Of a stretch of 20,000 bases of DNA, positions 17,101 to 20,000 are shown one piece after another (positions within the stretch are counted from its first letter, which is position 1; each line of letters starts with the position of its first letter). Under the pieces are notes generated by a model, which was not told where the DNA came from, ran no database searches, and saw nothing but the letters and a program-made list of their open reading frames with translations. Both the position numbers and the translations under genes were made by a program. Origin of the DNA: an uncultured virus (IMG/VR IMGVR_UViG_3300017774_008765). Lineage: Duplodnaviria > Heunggongvirae > Uroviricota > Caudoviricetes. The stretch lies in the IMG/VR virus record IMGVR_UViG_3300017774_008765. One strand, written 5' to 3'.

Positions 17101-17341
17101 CGCGCTCATCGAGCACACGCCCCAGCTCAAGAGCATGGAGCAGGTGCCGCTGACCTACTCCGAGGACTGGATGGCACGGGCGAACTACCGCTACTTGAAG
17201 AACACCTTCGAGGAGGGCGCCGCGCAGGCGTGGAGCTCGGACATCTACTCCTCCAACGTCGCCGGCCTTGCCCACGGCGCCGAGTACGGCAAAAAGCGTC
17301 CCGTCCCCTACGCGCCGCCCCCTCCCGGGATCCGGAAGTGA
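11162..17341 (+). CDS. Single-polypeptide DNA-directed RNA polymerase, fused beta + beta' homolog (~2059 aa), phage-encoded
   Basis: Beta motifs: QTPE, GGRAMMAAKQQEQA, TFEDSIIIS, GDKLTGRYGNKG, GVPSRMNVGQLLE, KLHHQVDKKMTARS. Beta' motifs: LPVLPPEMR, DLSGRSTI, VLLKRDPALH, FNADHDGDTMA, HGARKG, CAQSKGVCARCYG, GEPVTQLAMRTFHTGG. No stop between the halves. The start is set at ATG 11162, where codon bias begins. Confidence 0.96.
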   Translation: MPDINPEAEFESVKQKALDAIRQQFPMSGKLNRLELVGLEAKDALHVDDVTSQYKKKVEGGTWSVPVRAQLKLVDVQTGKTLDSGTVTLAQIPKITRRYTYIVEGHERQHDSLFLLKPGIYHRVADNGDIQAKWNLQKGRNFDLLIDRATGRITMKIKTAEVPLYSVLKALNVADGDIEQALGRQVFEKNRERTSSKDLVKIPKTLSDGQDAKRTAAALHPDEAATKVRDLFAQTATTRPDGDTHSTLDVAFTSVTGPALLESAKRILQISRGEKEPDDRQSLGAKDIHGTAEFVERFITRAKMDVTRKIVARIDKSAKLTDLPVNNLYTSPINGTFRNAQFPEQHNPLGFLSGHLRTTIVGADYGGVKGEDVNLSEDKLINPSHIGFLDPVQTPESAVTGISLHLPIGARKKGKQLVTRVWDVKKKSFVEVAPQQLERAVVAYPDQVEWKNGQPSPREPEVVVYDKDRTTGRRKWAEVDYVLPSAKALFSFSANLVPFLSTNSGGRAMMAAKQQEQAIALKHREAPLVQTKTDGTATFQQLVGQFASHSSPVDGTVTKVEADAIFVKGADGTTKKVPIYDHFPLNGGKDMMHATPLVKPGDTVKKGQTLADTNYSKDGQFAVGTNLRVAYTPFHGLTFEDSIIISQSAAEKLTSEHLHENSVTLYPGMSLNKRLWQNYAMPEQTNPQRMGKLDEDGIIKQGQKVEHGDVLVAVLAETRHNPNDEAASISKKLIRPYDTRHSVLWEHDYPGVVAKVVRAGKTIRVYVRTEEPMTVGDKLTGRYGNKGIVGTILPDHEMPHDTDGKPVEVILGPAGVPSRMNVGQLLETTAAKIAKKTGQNYVVDNFQPGVDYTQKVKDDLKKHGLSDTEVLLDPKTKRPIGEILTGFQYLHKLHHQVDKKMTARSHGGAYDANGEPPSGSGIPGGGQTLDQLATYAMLAHGAYANLREAQTWKSDQDQADVWIALQQGRPLPDPKPNRSMGKLIGYMRAMGIHMEKKGDKYALAPLTDHQVKTFSNGAIDFPSKTLTAKGARTLEDVGGLFDPKKTGGMGGKYWTHIPLAERMPNPVFERAIQALTGIDKKTYEQITGGAAAPEAGKTGFQRIVHALEQVDVEKEIKTLDQQLPKLTGSRLDRAYRRMRYLKALTKLGVKPVDAYTTQNLPVLPPEMRRVMVGIDGSQTIDDLNVLYKSVGLLNEQVKKADPKLPPSEKQKLQADLYHSVRQLRITGLEMGQGTKERHHRGLMEMMEGTKTSFFQSSVMYRRQDLSGRSTIITAPHLGLDEVGVPQPIAFEMFKPFIVKELAQSHGKTPAEAKKLVDKKDKLALEVLHKVTADRPVLLKRDPALHKFSIMGFKVRVTDGKAIGLHPMVCAGFNADHDGDTMALYVPLGKEAVDEAHGMLPSKNLFSPTTGRIMPVPVQDGVLGLYHATKWGEKKNVKVTSRDEVLKLYKDGKLHISDVITLDGKETTPGRLLLAGELPKEMQNNDKLLHDKDFRIAKGTLNTFMSEIGKKHQQDYARVADAWKNHGNRIAYESGSSFSLHDFHDAKPMRDAILKKYEAEEKAVRASKLSDKEKNDKIVEIYSKAGQEIEEKGKAHYNNSDKNRLYDWIAAGARGDWNQFRQMTYGPLLVADPKNRAVPVPITKSYAEGLPISQYWTSMHGARKGAIDRSAGTAEPGALTKVIINTVIDHQISAEDCHTTKGAHLSLDDKDVHDRYLAQPVHITGGKDVPAGTLLTAPEITHLKAAKITQVVVRSPLHCAQSKGVCARCYGLNENGKLYHTGTNVGVIAGQALGEPVTQLAMRTFHTGGTVGSQKGTGYEADAFERVKQLFKVPEKLPGAATIAMKAGTITKVEADKARGGHVVHVEDHAHHVLADRPLLDHIKPGLKVEAGHALSQGPINPHHLLEATKNLNIVRKFMTDEALRYYPSGTRRRNVETVVKAMTNVTKIDHAPTDSHFARGQLAALSEVEHYNLEAKKKGHALIEHTPQLKSMEQVPLTYSEDWMARANYRYLKNTFEEGAAQAWSSDIYSSNVAGLAHGAEYGKKRPVPYAPPPPGIRK

Positions 17342-18312
17342 GCGCGGCGACCAACGGACGGCGCGCCGCGATCATCGAAGCGGGGCGCATCACGCGCGTG
17401 GACCCGGCGACGTGGACGTGCGTCGTCGAGTCCGAGACCAGTCCGCGCCGCACCTACACGCCCTGCACGTTCGCGGCACCGTATCTGCACTACAACGGGG
17501 GCGAGGGGATGTACGCCCTGCCCGAGCGCGGCGCGGCCGTGTGGGTGTGCCGGACCTCCGAGGTCGACACCGCGGGGGTGATCCTCGGCTACCGCGCGCT
17601 CGCCAACGGCACGGGAAGCTACGCCGCGGGACGTGGGCAGGCGATCCCCGGCGACCAAGTCATGGTGGGACGCAACGGCAACGGCGTGCATGTCCGCCGC
17701 AACGGCACGACCGAGATCGGATCGAGCCGCGTGGCGTGGACGTCGTACGAACCCTTCCGCGGCTACGTACGGACCCACGCGGGAAACTGGGAGGTCACGA
17801 CCTTCGGCGGCACGCTCGGTCTGACGACCGCACGTCCGGAGGAGGACGACGAGGGCCGGCAGGGTGCCAAGTTCACCCTGGCCGTGCGCGAGTTCGTGAG
17901 CGACACCTACGCGGTCGCCCGCCTGGAGGTCGGTGGCCAGATCGAAGAGGAGTCCGAGACGGTTGTGGACCCCGTCCTCCATCTCCAGGTCAACGCCGCC
18001 GACGGCGAGGAGCGCGCGGTACGGGTGGCGGCGAACCGCGACGGAGATCTCGGACTGGAGCTCTTTCAGGCGAAGATCCAGCTCGACGCCGACGGCGCGG
18101 TCCAGATCTACGAGACCGCTACGGACGCGACCGAGCCGATGATCCGCGGTACGTCTTTCCTCACCGACCTACACGCCTCCCTCACCGAGATCTACACGGC
18201 GCTTATGGCGCTCGGCGTTCCGCTGACCGTGACGAAGGCGCTGCTGGACCGCATTCAGGTCTCGCTGGACACCGAGAGCGAGTTGCTCACTCCCCGTCTC
18301 AAGGTAGAATAA
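17338..18312 (+). CDS. Baseplate central spike-like protein (Gp5/GpV-type N-terminal OB fold, 324 aa)
   Basis: GTG start overlaps the RNAP stop. GRITRVDPATWTCVV...GEGMYALPERGAAVWV is an OB-fold spike pattern, followed by a beta-rich middle and an EPMIRG...LLTPRLKVE end. Confidence 0.7.
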   Translation: MSAATNGRRAAIIEAGRITRVDPATWTCVVESETSPRRTYTPCTFAAPYLHYNGGEGMYALPERGAAVWVCRTSEVDTAGVILGYRALANGTGSYAAGRGQAIPGDQVMVGRNGNGVHVRRNGTTEIGSSRVAWTSYEPFRGYVRTHAGNWEVTTFGGTLGLTTARPEEDDEGRQGAKFTLAVREFVSDTYAVARLEVGGQIEEESETVVDPVLHLQVNAADGEERAVRVAANRDGDLGLELFQAKIQLDADGAVQIYETATDATEPMIRGTSFLTDLHASLTEIYTALMALGVPLTVTKALLDRIQVSLDTESELLTPRLKVE

Positions 18313-18534
18313 ATGGCGCTCAATTCCGCTGTCCTCAGCACCGCCATCCAGGCCCAGCTCGCCACCCGTCCGGAACTGGCCAACGCCGGAATCGATCTCT
18401 CCTGGATGGCCAACGCGATCGCCGAGGCGGTCGTCACGCACATCACCACCTCCGCCATCGTACTCATCCCCAGCGTGTCCGGCGTAACCACCGGGAGCGG
18501 GGTATCCGGCCCAGGAACGGGTACAATCACCTGA
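18313..18534 (+). CDS. Small spike-associated protein (73 aa)
   Basis: Starts immediately after the spike stop. Helical MALN...ANAIAEAVVTHI followed by a G/T/S-rich C-terminus (GPGTGTIT). Confidence 0.65.
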   Translation: MALNSAVLSTAIQAQLATRPELANAGIDLSWMANAIAEAVVTHITTSAIVLIPSVSGVTTGSGVSGPGTGTIT

Positions 18535-18569
18535 CCTGTGCTACACCTCTTTCGTTCTGAGAGCCCTGC

Positions 18570-20000
18570 ATGCCCTCCACGCACGAGCCCCTTTTCTTCA
18601 CGCCGGTCGATCCGTTTTCTCTGTTCGAGAAATCGGCGGCAATTGCCCGGATGCCCGACGACGAGAAGCGCTGGCCCGCCCAGGTACTCTCCGAGATGCA
18701 CAAGCAGCTCCCGTTCCTGTCGAAGTACGACGTGGACATCGAGCTCACGCGCATCGACGCCGAAGCCGGCTACGCGCTCGGCTACGCGATCGTGCGCAAC
18801 AAGACCGGGCGGCAGCGCGCGGAGGAGCAGCTCGGCAAGCCCACGAACCGGATGCGGATTCCGGTCATCGTATCGGACCGCCAGCTCCAGCCGTTCCACG
18901 TCTTCGAGCTCGGCGGCACGGTCTACCCGCTCACGCAGGAGCGCGTCGATGCGGCGATGATCAACCCGTCGATGTTCGACGGCGCCGTCGATACCACCCC
19001 CGCGTCGCCGTCGCTGGTCGACCAAATCTACCCGCCGTTCCAGCACCGCCAGGGGAACGGCATGGCGTCCTCGGACCGCCAGGCCGCTGGGCTCGCGAAG
19101 CTCAGCTCCGCGCGGTTTGCCACGAAAACCGCGAGCGGGGAACCTGGCCCGCTCCGGGAGTTTCTTCGGCGTGAGGACTTCGACAAGGAAGCCGTAAACC
19201 TTACCACTATGGCCGCAGGAAAGGGGATCGCAGCGGCCCTGAAAGGGGGTACCCTGATGAAGGGCACGGCGGCCTTTGACGAAGCCGTCGCCGCGGCCCG
19301 TGCGGCGAAGAAGGCAAACCCGGGCATGAAGGTTACGCGGTCTCAAGCACGCCAGTTCCCCGTCAAGTCCATCGAGCCCAACAGCCCGCTTCTAAAGCTC
19401 GAGGGCATGACGCTGCGTACCCCGGAGCAAGGGGGCAAGTTCCTCGCCCCCGCGGGGCCCGCAACTACACCCAAGCAAGTTGTTGTTCAGCGTGGAACGG
19501 GCCCCGGACCCGGAGCCCCCGCTCCCGTCACGACCGCTCCCGTCACGACCGCTCCCGTCACGACCGCTCCCGTCACGCCTATCAGAGACGTCGCACCCCC
19601 GCCGCCGCCGGCGGGCAGGGCCCCAGCAGGCGCTCCGCTGCCCGCCACCGACGCGTCCGCCGTTCGTACAGTCCCTCCGGTGCGGCGTGAGCCGATTCGT
19701 TTTGCGCCTGAGCCAGGTCCGGTTCAGGTTACCCAAACGCGGGGTAGCACGGCCTTTAGAGAGCCACGTCGCCCAGACCTCTCGGGTATGAGCGAAGCGC
19801 AGCGACGCGCGTACCTGGGGGAGCAGGGGGTCAACCCTTCCATGAAGCCGGAGACCGCGCAGACGTTCCTCTCCGACCTCGACGCGCACGTTGCCGGAGG
19901 CGGAAAGGCAGAGGACTTCTTCCGGTACAACGCCACGACGCCCGAGGCACGCCGTCTTTTTGGGGTGTCCATGGGAAACCGGCAGGTCGCGACCACTGCC
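18570..20000 (+). CDS. Large hypothetical, probably virion protein; truncated at the window end
   Basis: Manual translation MPSTHEPLFFTPVDPFSLFEKSAAIARMPDDEKRWPAQVLSEMHKQLPFL...RMRIPVIVSDRQLQPFHVF..., open to 20000 (477 codons). Missing from the ORF track because it has no stop. Confidence 0.85.
   Translation, partial: MPSTHEPLFFTPVDPFSLFEKSAAIARMPDDEKRWPAQVLSEMHKQLPFLSKYDVDIELTRIDAEAGYALGYAIVRNKTGRQRAEEQLGKPTNRMRIPVIVSDRQLQPFHVFELGGTVYPLTQERVDAAMINPSMFDGAVDTTPASPSLVDQIYPPFQHRQGNGMASSDRQAAGLAKLSSARFATKTASGEPGPLREFLRREDFDKEAVNLTTMAAGKGIAAALKGGTLMKGTAAFDEAVAAARAAKKANPGMKVTRSQARQFPVKSIEPNSPLLKLEGMTLRTPEQGGKFLAPAGPATTPKQVVVQRGTGPGPGAPAPVTTAPVTTAPVTTAPVTPIRDVAPPPPPAGRAPAGAPLPATDASAVRTVPPVRREPIRFAPEPGPVQVTQTRGSTAFREPRRPDLSGMSEAQRRAYLGEQGVNPSMKPETAQTFLSDLDAHVAGGGKAEDFFRYNATTPEARRLFGVSMGNRQVATTA
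19521..19577 (+). repeat. 15-bp tandem repeat GCTCCCGTCACGACC x3.8, encoding (APVTT)3-APVT
   Basis: Perfect copies at 19521, 19536 and 19551, and a partial copy at 19566. Confidence 0.95.

Noticed and set aside
11117..17275. Very long antisense ORFs (1410 aa and 637 aa) opposite the RNAP
   Set aside because: Shadow frames typical of high-GC3 genes: V/L/D/R-rich with no motifs. The same applies to 7893-8906, 8940-9716, 851-1828 and 4311-5192.
15979..17337. 777-aa ORF suggesting a long overlap or frameshift fusion of the RNAP and spike
   Set aside because: The upstream part is an Arg-rich alternative frame. A GTGA coupled start at 17338 explains the gene, and I saw no slippery site.
11162..17341. 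Ordinary bacterial rpoBC locus
   Set aside because: No rplL/rpsL context, flanked by portal and spike genes, many near-invariant bacterial residues changed and the ZBD missing. No gene symbol assigned.
11162..17341. Inteins or introns in the RNAP (also checked in the helicases)
   Set aside because: Conserved motifs are contiguous, and no C...HN-C/S/T splice junctions or LAGLIDADG blocks were seen.
19521..19577. CRISPR-like array
   Set aside because: Head-to-tail 15-bp units without spacers, in frame within a CDS.
18255..19996. Minus-strand ORFs (363, 165, 99 and 90 aa) and the plus-strand 18538-18960 ORF
   Set aside because: Better explained by the single open plus frame from 18570 to the window end.
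1..20000. tRNA, rRNA, intrinsic terminators or stop-codon reassignment
   Set aside because: Intergenic space is minimal, no cloverleaf or hairpin plus U-tract was recognised, and genes tile well under the standard code with TAA, TAG and TGA all used as stops.

Overview
High-GC window (roughly two-thirds G+C by eye) that reads as part of a large tailed-phage (Caudoviricetes-like) genome rather than a bacterial chromosome. The left arm (minus strand, 1-5792) is a tightly coupled replication/repair operon: CHC2-zinc-finger DNA primase (truncated, absent from the ORF track), DnaB-like helicase, three small hypotheticals, family-4-like uracil-DNA glycosylase, a possible Sm-fold protein, an SF2 helicase and a 4-Cys protein. 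The right arm (plus strand, 5895-20000) is a virion module: three hypotheticals, a portal protein with a Zn-ribbon insert and Q-rich tail, a ~2059-aa single-chain beta-beta' multisubunit-type RNA polymerase (NADHDGD active site), a Gp5/GpV-like baseplate spike, a small spike-associated protein and a long ORF running off the end. A four-gene minus-strand cassette (acidic 46 aa, hydrophobic 26 aa, two Cys/His-rich proteins) sits between the portal and the RNAP. Both minus-strand units are preceded by the same 15-nt motif (GATWACGRCATAAGA). Best candidate system: a streamlined, fused, probably host-sigma-independent and possibly virion-packaged RNAP with its own promoter motif. All family assignments are from motifs read by eye; no searches were run.
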